NCBI GenBank assembly: GCA_963619535.1
Contig: CAVEWV010000002.1
Span: 3,327 to 67,326, forward strand
Source of the DNA: Acutalibacteraceae bacterium
Lineage (GTDB): Bacteria; Actinomycetota; Coriobacteriia; Coriobacteriales; UMGS124
Reading direction: 5' to 3'
DNA length: 64,000 bases
The position numbers were made by a program, and so were the translations under genes. This document shows positions 50,794 through 59,171 of the stretch, one piece after another; position 1 is the stretch's first letter; every line of letters begins with the position of its first letter. The notes under the pieces are model-generated. The model made no database searches, had not been told where the DNA came from, and was given only the letters and a program-made list of their open reading frames with translations.

Positions 50794-51816
50794 CTAAGCC
50801 TCTCCCTCGGTTGCTGTGCCCGCGGCCTCGTCGGCGGCGGACTGGATATCGGCCACCTGCTCCTGGGTGCCGGAGGCGCCCGTGTCGCCGCGCTCGACGC
50901 ACACGAGCATGGTGCGCTCGTTGTCCGTGGCGTAGCTGCAGGTCGAAAGCAAGTAAAGGTGCGTCACACCGTCGGGGGTGGCGTTGGCCGCCCGGGCCGA
51001 CGACCTCGTGATGAGCGACTGCGTGTACGAGGAGAAGTCGTTGTAGTCGATGAAGCTGAAATGCAGGATCGTCTCGTCGTAGCCCGACACGACGATCGAG
51101 CACAGCGGCTCCAGGGTGTGCAGGGTCCCGTCGGCCGTGACGTAGTACACCTTGTCGAGCGTGTCGAACTCCGCCTGGTCGGAATAGTCGGCCACCTTGG
51201 CGAACATCGCCCCGTTCTTGAGGTGGTGGCCGTAGAGCACCGTCACGTAGTCGGACAGGGAGCTCGAGCTGCGAAAGTCCATGAACACGGAACCGGCCAG
51301 GTTGTACTGGCCCAGGAACGTGTGCTCAAGGTACCAGTCGTTGTCGGAGTGCTGGGCCACCGGGTAGTTCACGATGGTGCCGGGAATCTGCACCCATCCC
51401 ACGATCTCGGGGTTCTGCTGGGTGAGCGCGGCGAAATCCACCGTGGGGGTGTTCGTCGCCTCGTTTTGCACCACGGCTTCCTCGGCCAGGGTGTCGTACT
51501 CCTCGCTGCCCGCCTTGTACTCGGCCTGCGAGGAGAAGAAGAGGTAGGCCGCCACGCCGATGGCCACCGCGCCCGCCACGAGCAGCAGCACGGCGAGGGC
51601 CATGAGGCCTTTGGAGCCCTTCTTCTTCCTCGGCGGCTCGGGCTGCGAGGCGAACCGGGGCGCGACGCGGCTGAAATCCCTGACGGGCATCTGCTGGGTG
51701 CGCTGGTCCTCATAGCCCCACTGCGCCTGCGGCTGGGGCGCGGCCTGGCGCGACGGCTTCAGCGGGTCGTAGGACATGTCGTTCCAGGACTCGTCCCAGC
51801 CGTCCTCGCTAGACAA
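50794..51816 (-). CDS. srtB: Class B sortase with an N-terminal cytoplasmic tail and TM anchor
   Basis: It reads IVGWVQIPGTIVNYPVAQHSDNDWYLEHTF...AGSVFMDFR...VLYGHH, with the catalytic LSTCSY (TLxTC-type) and a TM helix ALAVLLLVAGAVAIGVAAYLFF. The ORF-track start is TTG 51816. ATG 51777 is an alternative. Confidence 0.8.
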   Translation of the reverse strand: MSSEDGWDESWNDMSYDPLKPSRQAAPQPQAQWGYEDQRTQQMPVRDFSRVAPRFASQPEPPRKKKGSKGLMALAVLLLVAGAVAIGVAAYLFFSSQAEYKAGSEEYDTLAEEAVVQNEATNTPTVDFAALTQQNPEIVGWVQIPGTIVNYPVAQHSDNDWYLEHTFLGQYNLAGSVFMDFRSSSSLSDYVTVLYGHHLKNGAMFAKVADYSDQAEFDTLDKVYYVTADGTLHTLEPLCSIVVSGYDETILHFSFIDYNDFSSYTQSLITRSSARAANATPDGVTHLYLLSTCSYATDNERTMLVCVERGDTGASGTQEQVADIQSAADEAAGTATEGEA

Positions 51817-52252
51817 GCTTGCCCCCCAGGACCTTGGCCGCGCTGGGCTTGTCGAAGTTGCCCTCGGTACGGGCCGTGAGCTCCTTCATCACCTTGCCCA
51901 TGTCCTTCTTCGAGCTGTAGCCGCCCTCGGCCAGGATCTGGTCGATGAGCGCCTCGAGCTCGGCGCCTCCGAGCTGGGCGGGGAGCAGGTCCTCGAGCAC
52001 CTTCACCTGGCCGGCCAGCATCTCGGTGCGCTCCGGGTCGGTGCCGGCCTTGCGCGAGAACTCGAGCGTCTCGGAGGTCATCTTGATGAGCTTCTTGACG
52101 CACGCGGTGACGTCGGCCTCAGTCACCTCGCGGCGCTGGTCGATCTCGATCTTCTTGAACTCCTCGTTCACCTGGCGAAGGATGGACAGGCGGGCCTTGT
52201 CCTTGGCACGCATGGCGTCCTTGATAAGCTCGAGAACCTCAGCCTTCTGCAT
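51809..52252 (-). CDS. yqeY: GatB/YqeY-domain protein
   Basis: This 147-aa protein reads LIKDAMRAKDKARLSILRQV...GGYSSKKDMGKVMKEL, typical of the YqeY family. The start was moved to ATG 52252, with GGGAGGAA upstream. Confidence 0.8.
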   Translation of the reverse strand: MQKAEVLELIKDAMRAKDKARLSILRQVNEEFKKIEIDQRREVTEADVTACVKKLIKMTSETLEFSRKAGTDPERTEMLAGQVKVLEDLLPAQLGGAELEALIDQILAEGGYSSKKDMGKVMKELTARTEGNFDKPSAAKVLGGKLV

Positions 52253-52417
52253 GGTTCCTCCCCTGGGTCGAAGCCGCCGGGCGGGCGGCGGGCATGAAAG
52301 TTGCACCCGCTCAGAATACGACAAGCAGGCCGCCTGAGACATGCACTCAGAACAAAATGGGATGTTTCTACGATATGGGCTGGCGCAGGCGGGAACTTGT
52401 GGTATTCTCCCACTCAC

Positions 52418-52492
52418 GCGGGCATCGCCAAGTGGTAAGGCCCCAGCTTCCCAAGCTGGTATTCGCGGGTTCGAATCCCGTTGCCCGCTCCA
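52418..52492 (+). tRNA. tRNA-Gly (anticodon CCC), CCA encoded
   Basis: The cloverleaf was read by eye. The acceptor is GCGGGCA/TGCCCGC, the anticodon arm is CCAGC-TTCCCAA-GCTGG and the T-arm is GCGGG-TTCGAAT-CCCGT. A possible extended -10 TGGTATTCT lies at 52399-52407. Confidence 0.9.
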
Positions 52493-52503
52493 TCGCATGT
52501 CTC

Positions 52504-52535
52504 AGGCCGGATGCCCTTAGGTGTCCGGCCTTTTT
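52504..52535 (+). terminator. Rho-independent terminator after tRNA-Gly
   Basis: The stem AGGCCGGA/TCCGGCCT (52504-52511/52524-52531) is followed by TTTTT. Confidence 0.75.
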
Positions 52536-52554
52536 CGTTTGCAAGGAGGCGCAC

Positions 52555-53058
52555 GTGCTCGTTGAAGTGGTCCGGCGCGTCGAGCGCCTGCTCGCAAGCG
52601 GCGTCGAGCCCCTGTCGCGGGGCGTGAACGCCTCCCGGCTCATGCGCCTGGTGGACGAGGCCATGGGCGAGGACCTCGTGCGCTTCTCCGACGGGCGCAT
52701 GCTCATCTGGCACATCGCCCGGCACGACGGCTATCAGATCCCCGAGTACCCCATGGCGGGCTGCGGCGACGTCAAGGAGTTCCTGGCCGATGAGGGCGCG
52801 CGCAACGTCCCCGACTGGTACCGCGCCCACTTGGGCATGGATTTGGCAACCTACGAGCAGATTTGGCGCTACGAGCTGGTGATGGTGCGCAACCGCGCGC
52901 TGTGGCGGCGGGTGTTCCTCGTGCCGAGCGGCCTGACGCAGACGCATGCCGGCGACGCACAGGCAACGCGCCAGCTCGCGCGCGAGGTCACCGCATGGCT
53001 CACGTTTGCCCTGGGTTGGCAGACGGCGGCCGACGACGCGCGGCTCTTCAGGCGCTGA
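52555..53058 (+). CDS. Hypothetical cytoplasmic protein (167 aa), no family recognised
   Basis: GTG 52555 has AAGGAGG 5 nt upstream. G+C is high at third codon positions (by eye), consistent with real coding. The gene lies between the two tRNA genes. Confidence 0.5.
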   Translation: MLVEVVRRVERLLASGVEPLSRGVNASRLMRLVDEAMGEDLVRFSDGRMLIWHIARHDGYQIPEYPMAGCGDVKEFLADEGARNVPDWYRAHLGMDLATYEQIWRYELVMVRNRALWRRVFLVPSGLTQTHAGDAQATRQLAREVTAWLTFALGWQTAADDARLFRR

Positions 53059-53246
53059 GCGCGGCCGGCGCAGCCTTGTGCGACTGAGACCTGCCGTGCC
53101 TCACGGGCACCGCATGAAGCCGGGGCCGTCCCACCGAGGTGTGCGACGCCGACCTCTCCTGCGTGCGTCTGGGCTCCCCACAGTCATGCGCCGACGCCAA
53201 ACAAAACGGGCCAGGCAGCGCATGCCGCCTGGCCCGTCTGTATGCA

Positions 53247-53322
53247 TGGTGGGTCGTGCGGGGGTCGAACCCGCGACCTTGGGATTAAAAGTCCCCTGCT
53301 CTACCAACTGAGCTAACGACCC
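53247..53322 (-). tRNA. tRNA-Lys (anticodon UUU), CCA encoded
   Basis: The reverse complement is GGGTCGTTAGCTCAGTTGGTAGAGCAGGGGACTTTTAATCCCAAGGTCGCGGGTTCGACCCCCGCACGACCCACCA. The D-arm, anticodon loop CTTTTAA and T-arm are all canonical. Confidence 0.9.
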
Positions 53323-53414
53323 GTGACGCCCGATATTACCCCATCGGCCGTGCGATTCACAGGCGCTTGCCTCAATTCACCGCTTGAACAACCAGATTGG
53401 CTGGGTGGCGGGCC

Positions 53415-54086
53415 TTACAGGTCGAAAAGGGCCCGGCGCACCTCCGGCTCGTCCTCGGGGCGAGCGGCCACAAGCACCGTGGCCCCCGAGGAGATGAGCG
53501 TCGAGGCCGAGACCGGCCGATAGGCGCCGTCGGCCCAGCGCGCGAGCAGCGACGCGCCCTCGGGCAGGTCAATCTCGCTCACGCGCCGCGCGCTCTCCGT
53601 GCCGCCCGACAGGCCTGCCGTCTGCACCTCCATGAGGACGAAGCCGTCGTGGGCCAGCGGCATCACGTTGCGCTCACCCGACGACATGATCATCGCCGAC
53701 TGCACCATGTTGGCGATGGCCGTGGTGGAACTCACCGTCTCGATGCCCATCTTCACGAAGATGCGCTCGTTTCGGGGGTCGTTCACGCGCGCCACGTTGC
53801 GCGGAACGCGGTACAGGGTCGAGGCGATCTCGCACGAGGCGAGGTTGTCGTCGTCGTGGCCCGACAGGGCGCAGTACACGTCGGCGTTCATGATCCCCGC
53901 CTCCACGAGCGACTTCGTGTCGCAGCAGTCCCCGGCGATCACCATCACGCGGCCCGTGAGGTGAGCGCAGAGCGTGGAGATGTGCTCCGTGTCGCTCTCG
54001 ACGATGGCCACCTCGTGCCCGGCGGCCAGCAACAGCTTCGCCGCCGCCTCCCCCACCTTGCCGCCGCCGCCCAAGACGAAATACAT
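53415..54086 (-). CDS. trkA: TrkA-type K+ transport regulatory protein (RCK: NAD-binding + C-terminal domain)
   Basis: It starts MYFVLGGGGKVGEAAAKLLLAAGHEVAIVE (Rossmann GxGxxG) and has an RCK_C-like C-terminus. Confidence 0.85.
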   Translation of the reverse strand: MYFVLGGGGKVGEAAAKLLLAAGHEVAIVESDTEHISTLCAHLTGRVMVIAGDCCDTKSLVEAGIMNADVYCALSGHDDDNLASCEIASTLYRVPRNVARVNDPRNERIFVKMGIETVSSTTAIANMVQSAMIMSSGERNVMPLAHDGFVLMEVQTAGLSGGTESARRVSEIDLPEGASLLARWADGAYRPVSASTLISSGATVLVAARPEDEPEVRRALFDL

Positions 54087-54089
54087 CCG

Positions 54090-54788
54090 CTACCCCCTCG
54101 TGACGAGACCGGCCAGGACCGCGGCCTTGGCCGGCAGATCCTTGATGGGCTCGCCCTTCATGTACTCGGCAAGCTGGGGTAGGGCGCTCTCATGAGCCAC
54201 CGCCACCACCGTGTCGCCGTCGTGCAGGAACATGTTGTGCGTGGCCAGGAACTGCTCGTTGTCATGCTCGAAGAGCGCCACATGGATCTCACCCAACGCC
54301 TCGAGGTCGCGCACGTGGATGACGCGCGGTGTCTGCAGCGTGAAGGTCAGCACCTCGTACTCGCCGAACGTCTCCAGGTGATGGGCGCGTCGAGCGCGCA
54401 CCTTGGTGGCCATGCTCTCGGCCACAAGCTCGGTGTCGCAGATGTAGTCCAGGCCGAGCTGCTTGTAGAGCTGGATGTGCTCGGGGTTGATGAGGCGCGT
54501 GAGGACGTGCGGCACGTCGTAGAGGCGGCGCGCCACCTCGCTGGACATGAGGTTCACGTTGTCCAGGCTCGTGACCGCGGCAAAGGCGTCGCAGTCCTTG
54601 ATGCCGGCCTGCTCGAGCACCATCTCGTCGTAGCCATGCCCCACCACGCGCATGCCCTGGAACTCGCTGGAAAGCCCGGCCAAGGCAGACGGGTCGACGT
54701 CGATGACCGTCACGAGGTTCTCGGGCGTGTCCAGCACCTCGGCAAGCTGCTTGCCCACCCGCCCACATCCCACAATGATGATTCTCAC
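54090..54788 (-). CDS. trkA: TrkA-type K+ transport regulatory protein, second paralogue
   Basis: It starts (GTG)RIIIVGCGRVGKQLAEVL. GAAGGA lies 6 nt upstream of the start codon. It is directly upstream of the other trkA-like gene. Confidence 0.85.
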   Translation of the reverse strand: MRIIIVGCGRVGKQLAEVLDTPENLVTVIDVDPSALAGLSSEFQGMRVVGHGYDEMVLEQAGIKDCDAFAAVTSLDNVNLMSSEVARRLYDVPHVLTRLINPEHIQLYKQLGLDYICDTELVAESMATKVRARRAHHLETFGEYEVLTFTLQTPRVIHVRDLEALGEIHVALFEHDNEQFLATHNMFLHDGDTVVAVAHESALPQLAEYMKGEPIKDLPAKAAVLAGLVTRG

Positions 54789-54881
54789 GTCTCGTCCTTC
54801 TATACGGATGCGGCCGCCCCGCCGGGCCGTCTGGCCTAGCGGGGCGGCCGCATGTTCCCCGATCTTTGCCCAGTTGGTAGC

Positions 54882-57401
54882 CTAGGCGTTCTTGATGACC
54901 TCTACCACCATGTCAACCGCGTCCTCGATGGCGAGCGGGTCGAGCTTCTCGGGCGAGTCGCCCGTCCACTGGGCGTTGGCGGGCACGCCGCGGTCCACGC
55001 CGCACAGCGTGACGGCGCGGCAGCCGCAGTCGAGCGCGACGCTGGCGTCGCTCGTGCGCCACGGCATGCGGGCCAGGGCCAGGGGGCGGTTGATGTCGGC
55101 GCTTGCCTGGCCGAACAGGTTCACCAGGCGACGGTCGGCCTTGATGGCGCTGTGGTCGGCGCGCTCCTCCACCACGAGGGACTGGCGACCTGCGCCCAGG
55201 CACTCCAGGTTGATGAAGTAGGCGCCGTTGACCTGGTCGCGATAGGTCGAGATGAAGTCGCGGATACCGGCGTTGCCGGCCTCGCCGGCACCGGTGAGCA
55301 CGAACCACACCTCGTGCGCGGTGAGGTCGCGGTCGCCCAGGCGCATGGCGGCGCGGCGGGCGCGCACGGCCTCCTCGGCCTCGACGCTCACGTGGCGCTG
55401 ACGGCGCGGCGCGGCGCCGCCCTGCCAACGGTTGTGGCCGCCCTGCTGGCCGGAGGCGTCGTCGGAGAAGTTGTCCCAGGAGCCGATCTGGGCGCCGTTC
55501 TTCTTCGCGTCGTAGCCCTCCTCCAGGCCGAGCCAATCGTTGAACGACTGCTCCTGCATCTGCTGCTGCATGTCGGCGGCACGGGTGGAGATGCGGCCCT
55601 TCTGGCGTGACTTCTTCGCCTTGCGGCCGCGCTTGGGAGAATCGGACAGGTCGGTGGAGAAGCCGGCGAGGTCCTGACGGCGCGCCTGCTCGAGCATGGC
55701 GGGCGTCACCGACTGGTGCGTGCCCGTCTCGAAGTCCATGCTGGAGAAGTCGTCGGGGTTGTAGTCGCCCACCGTCTGGATGTTGGACACGCCGTAGGGG
55801 TCGACAGCGGCCACCGCGGGGTCGGGCAGGTCGCCTAGGAAGCGCGTGGCGGTATTGCCGGCCGAGACGGGCTTGAACGAGGAGGTGCCCCAGGTGGGGT
55901 CCTGGATGACGGAGGCCGTGAAGGAGTTCGGTTCGTCCATGACGAACTGGGCCGAGACGTTGGCTGAGTGCATGGCCACGTCGCGCGGGGTGGTGCCGCC
56001 TGCGCGCAGCTCCGTGTCGGGCTCGTCGGCGGAGGTGATGGTGCTCACCGAGGAGTCGAGCGGCGTGAGCAGGGAGGTGGCGGCGGCAGGCTGGGGGTTG
56101 CCCGACAGGCGGTTCTCACGCACGATGGAGGCGAACATCGCGTCGGCCTCGGCGTCCTTCCTGGCCTCGGGGTCGAGAGGGGCTGGCGCGGCCGGGGCGG
56201 CAAGCTCGTGGGAGTCGAAGACGGTCGTGCGGCCCTGCTCGGCCGACTGCGCGGCGCCGGCAGCATCGTGCTGGCTGGCCCTGTGGGCAGGACGGCCCTC
56301 ATGCTCCACGTACTCGATCTGGCAGCTCTCGGGGAGGATCCCCATGGCGCGCAGGGTCTTCAGGCCATGACGCGTGGCCTTGGGCGCGGCAGGCACCTCG
56401 GCGGCGGGACGTGCCTCCAGGGGACGGCGCGGGCGCATGACCATCTGGTCGTCGGCGCCCTCGGCGGGCATGGTGCGGCGGGGCTGGGCTGCCTGCTCGC
56501 GCGACGGGCGCGAGGCGGCCTGCGCGCGGGCGGGGCGCTCGGGGCGGGCGGACACGTTCACGGCGCGCTCGTCGGCCTCGTCAGCGTCGGACTCCTCGGC
56601 GAAGTCGGCGTCGTCGGCAAGGTCGCCCTCGTCGCGGATCTCGTCGTCGGGGCCGAAGGGCATGCCGTCGGGGCAGGGGCGGATGCGGTCGAGCACGCCG
56701 AAGACGGCGGCCACGCCCGACTTGTTGTTGTTGGCGCCAAGCGTGTAGGAGAGCACGAAGAGGTGCAGCAGCGTGCAGACGGCCCAGGCGACGAGGACCA
56801 CCGAGGCGATCACGGCCAGGGCCGCGCAGAAGGCATGGATGCCCGAGAGGAACGACAGCAACTGGACGAGGAGGCACACCACGCTCACGATGAGCGCGAC
56901 GTCCATGATGCGGGGCAGGTAGGGCTTGACCCATGCGATCGCCGGCTTGCTCAGCAGGTCGGAGCGCGGGGTGTCGTAGTGAGCGATGACCACCACGGGA
57001 CGCGCCTTCTGGCCGTCGGAGGGGTTGACCGCGGCGGGATGGCGCGCCACGACGTTCTGGCTGGCACCCTTGAAGCCGAGCAGCGCGTAGGTCTTGATTC
57101 CGAAACGCGTGTCGAGGAGGTAGAGCACGCCGCACAGGGCGACGAGCACGAACATCACGACGCTCACTGCGCCGGAGAGAAGAACGCCCAGCAGCGTGAA
57201 GACGGCCACCAGGATGACGAGGACCGCCAGGCCCAGGTTGCCGTGCCAGGTGTAGTTGAAGCTCTTCTGCATCGACTGCAGCCCATGCTGATGAAAGACG
57301 CGCGCAAGAGCCGCTGCCGCGTCGATCTCCTCACGGGTGCCCGCAGGGGCTATCTCATATTCCTTCGTGAGGTAGCGCATGGTTTCCTTGGCGTCGGCCA
57401 T
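54882..57401 (-). CDS. Large membrane protein with a split M28-peptidase-like domain and a long disordered insert
   Basis: M28-like blocks include VVVIAHYDTP, GANNNKSGVAAV, VLTGAGEAGNAGIRDF and YFINLECLG, plus the C-terminal block. There are at least 6 TM helices and a ~350-aa Ala/Pro/Asp/Arg-rich region. The start was set at ATG 57401 (MADAKET), with GGAAGGA 8 nt upstream. Confidence 0.7.
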   Translation of the reverse strand: MADAKETMRYLTKEYEIAPAGTREEIDAAAALARVFHQHGLQSMQKSFNYTWHGNLGLAVLVILVAVFTLLGVLLSGAVSVVMFVLVALCGVLYLLDTRFGIKTYALLGFKGASQNVVARHPAAVNPSDGQKARPVVVIAHYDTPRSDLLSKPAIAWVKPYLPRIMDVALIVSVVCLLVQLLSFLSGIHAFCAALAVIASVVLVAWAVCTLLHLFVLSYTLGANNNKSGVAAVFGVLDRIRPCPDGMPFGPDDEIRDEGDLADDADFAEESDADEADERAVNVSARPERPARAQAASRPSREQAAQPRRTMPAEGADDQMVMRPRRPLEARPAAEVPAAPKATRHGLKTLRAMGILPESCQIEYVEHEGRPAHRASQHDAAGAAQSAEQGRTTVFDSHELAAPAAPAPLDPEARKDAEADAMFASIVRENRLSGNPQPAAATSLLTPLDSSVSTITSADEPDTELRAGGTTPRDVAMHSANVSAQFVMDEPNSFTASVIQDPTWGTSSFKPVSAGNTATRFLGDLPDPAVAAVDPYGVSNIQTVGDYNPDDFSSMDFETGTHQSVTPAMLEQARRQDLAGFSTDLSDSPKRGRKAKKSRQKGRISTRAADMQQQMQEQSFNDWLGLEEGYDAKKNGAQIGSWDNFSDDASGQQGGHNRWQGGAAPRRQRHVSVEAEEAVRARRAAMRLGDRDLTAHEVWFVLTGAGEAGNAGIRDFISTYRDQVNGAYFINLECLGAGRQSLVVEERADHSAIKADRRLVNLFGQASADINRPLALARMPWRTSDASVALDCGCRAVTLCGVDRGVPANAQWTGDSPEKLDPLAIEDAVDMVVEVIKNA

Positions 57402-57492
57402 CCGGGTGTTCCTTCCAAGCGTGTCGTACATGTTCCGTTTCAGTGCTGTGTTTGAGGTAAGACGTGCTGATCGGCCCAGCCGGGCCCGTGGC

Positions 57493-59013
57493 CTAAGCGG
57501 CCTGCTCCTCGGAGGACGACTCCTCGGCAGGCTGCTCCTCGGAAGTCTGCTCCTCGGCAGTCTGCTCCTCGGCCGGGGCGGCCTGCTCGTCGGTCGCGGC
57601 GTCCTGCGAGGCGTCGGCGGCCTGCTCCTGCTGGGCGGCGGGCAGCTCGCCCGTCACGGCAGGGGCGATCGAGGTATAGGCACTCACCGTGGCGTCGGCA
57701 GGCAGGAGCTTCTCGCGGGCATAGGCGTAGTTGGACAGGTAGGCGTCCACCGAGGCGTCGGTGGGACCGTACTGCGACACGTACTCGCTGGCCGTGCCGG
57801 GCAGGTTCGCCTGGGCGGCCTCGCGGTTGGACGTGGCGTTGTTGTACCAATCCATCTGGCTGTTGGCGCCGTCGGCATCATTGTTATTAATGATGTAGCC
57901 GTTGTGGGTGTAGCGGGCGCTCGTCTGGTCGGCGTAGGCGCTCAGGTAGGCCTGCATGACGGCGAAGTCCACGGAGGTGTAGGTCGCGGCGGCGTCGTTC
58001 ACGATGGAAAGCGCGCTCTGCAGGTCGTCGTAGGCGGACTGCTCGTTGGTCAGGATGTCCTGGGGGTTGAGCCAGCTGATGTCGCCGCCGCCGTTGTAGG
58101 CGTTCCAGAGCTCGTCGGCATAGGAGAGCTTCGAGTCGGCCTGCGCGATGAGGTCGTACGCCTGGTTCAAGGCAGCGAGGGCCCCGGACGTGGCCGAGCC
58201 GGCGCCCTGGATCTGACGGGCGGCCTCGAGCATGGAGCGGCGGGCCGACACGCTCGTGAGCACCGCGTTGGCCACGTCCTGCTCATCGGCGCTCATCTTG
58301 GAGGAGTTGCGTAGGGCCTCGTTGGCGCTCGTCTCGGCGCTCGAGAGGCTGTTCTGGGTGGTCGTGGACTGCTCAAGGGCGCGCGACAGCTCCTCGGACG
58401 CGTCGCCTCCCGTGATCTGGGTGGCGACGGCCTCGTCGATGGACGCGATGACGCCGTCGGTGGTGACGAGCGACGCCACGGCGTCGTCGAGGTTCTGCCT
58501 GGCCTGGGTGGCCTCCTGGCTCGACACGAAGTAGAAGGCCGCGGCGAAGATGGCGACGACGATGATGACGATGACCGCCACCACGACGCCCGTCTTCTTG
58601 GAACCGCCCTCGCTGAAGGCCGTGTCGAACTCCCTGCCGCCGGCCTGGCCCGCGCCGTTCTGGATGGGGAACAGGCCCGAGTCCGCGCCGGAGGTGTTGG
58701 CCATCTTGGCCGCCACGAGCGGGTTGGCAGGCCCGCTCACCGGAGAGTCGGCGGGCGTAAGTTGAGGCTGCTGGGGCTGAGGCTGGCCCTGGCCGGCGCC
58801 CATGATGGCCAGGAACTCCTCGGTCTCCCCGCCCTTGCTGGCGGCGTACACGGGACGCATGGGCGACGAGGCGCTGCCGTTGGGGGCATAGCTGGAAAGG
58901 TCATGGGAACCCGTGGTGTGAGATGACGAGGCATACGAGGGCGAGGTCCCTGCCTGATTGGAGGAACCCTTGCCCGAGCTGGTAAAGTGGCTACCCGCAG
59001 AGGCTGCGCACAT
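57493..59013 (-). CDS. Single-pass membrane protein: Ser/Gly/Pro-rich N-terminus, helical ectodomain, acidic EEQ-repeat tail (hypothetical)
   Basis: ATG 59013 has GAAGGAG 6 nt upstream. The TM helix is TGVVVAVIVIIVVAIFAAAFYFV, and the C-terminus reads DEQAAPAEEQTAEEQTSEEQPAEESSSEEQAA. Confidence 0.6.
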   Translation of the reverse strand: MCAASAGSHFTSSGKGSSNQAGTSPSYASSSHTTGSHDLSSYAPNGSASSPMRPVYAASKGGETEEFLAIMGAGQGQPQPQQPQLTPADSPVSGPANPLVAAKMANTSGADSGLFPIQNGAGQAGGREFDTAFSEGGSKKTGVVVAVIVIIVVAIFAAAFYFVSSQEATQARQNLDDAVASLVTTDGVIASIDEAVATQITGGDASEELSRALEQSTTTQNSLSSAETSANEALRNSSKMSADEQDVANAVLTSVSARRSMLEAARQIQGAGSATSGALAALNQAYDLIAQADSKLSYADELWNAYNGGGDISWLNPQDILTNEQSAYDDLQSALSIVNDAAATYTSVDFAVMQAYLSAYADQTSARYTHNGYIINNNDADGANSQMDWYNNATSNREAAQANLPGTASEYVSQYGPTDASVDAYLSNYAYAREKLLPADATVSAYTSIAPAVTGELPAAQQEQAADASQDAATDEQAAPAEEQTAEEQTSEEQPAEESSSEEQAA

Positions 59014-59111
59014 ATAGAACTCCTTCTTTTCTCGTGGGTCTCGGGGGAGACTCACTTGCAGATTCTATAATCATCGCACGATGCACGTCTGTTTGCAGCG
59101 ACTTCCTCAAT

Positions 59112-59134
59112 TTGTCGCATAGTTTGCTGATAAT
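59112..59134 (+). promoter_or_regulatory. Candidate promoter resembling the mycobacterial RecA-NDp / PafBC-dependent motif
   Basis: TTGTCGCAT-AGTTTGCT-GATAAT compares with the consensus I recall as TTGTCRGTG-N8-TANNNT. It lies 38-60 nt upstream of the first WYL gene's ATG. Confidence 0.3.
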
Positions 59135-59171
59135 CGCCCCAAGCCATTGAACGCAGCTGAAAGGAGGGTCG

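Noticed and set aside
53415-54788. Two adjacent trkA-like genes without a TrkH/KtrB membrane subunit, as an anomaly.
   Set aside because: Paired stand-alone TrkA homologues are a known actinobacterial arrangement (ceoB/ceoC-like). The channel subunit may be encoded elsewhere. This is not unusual enough to report.
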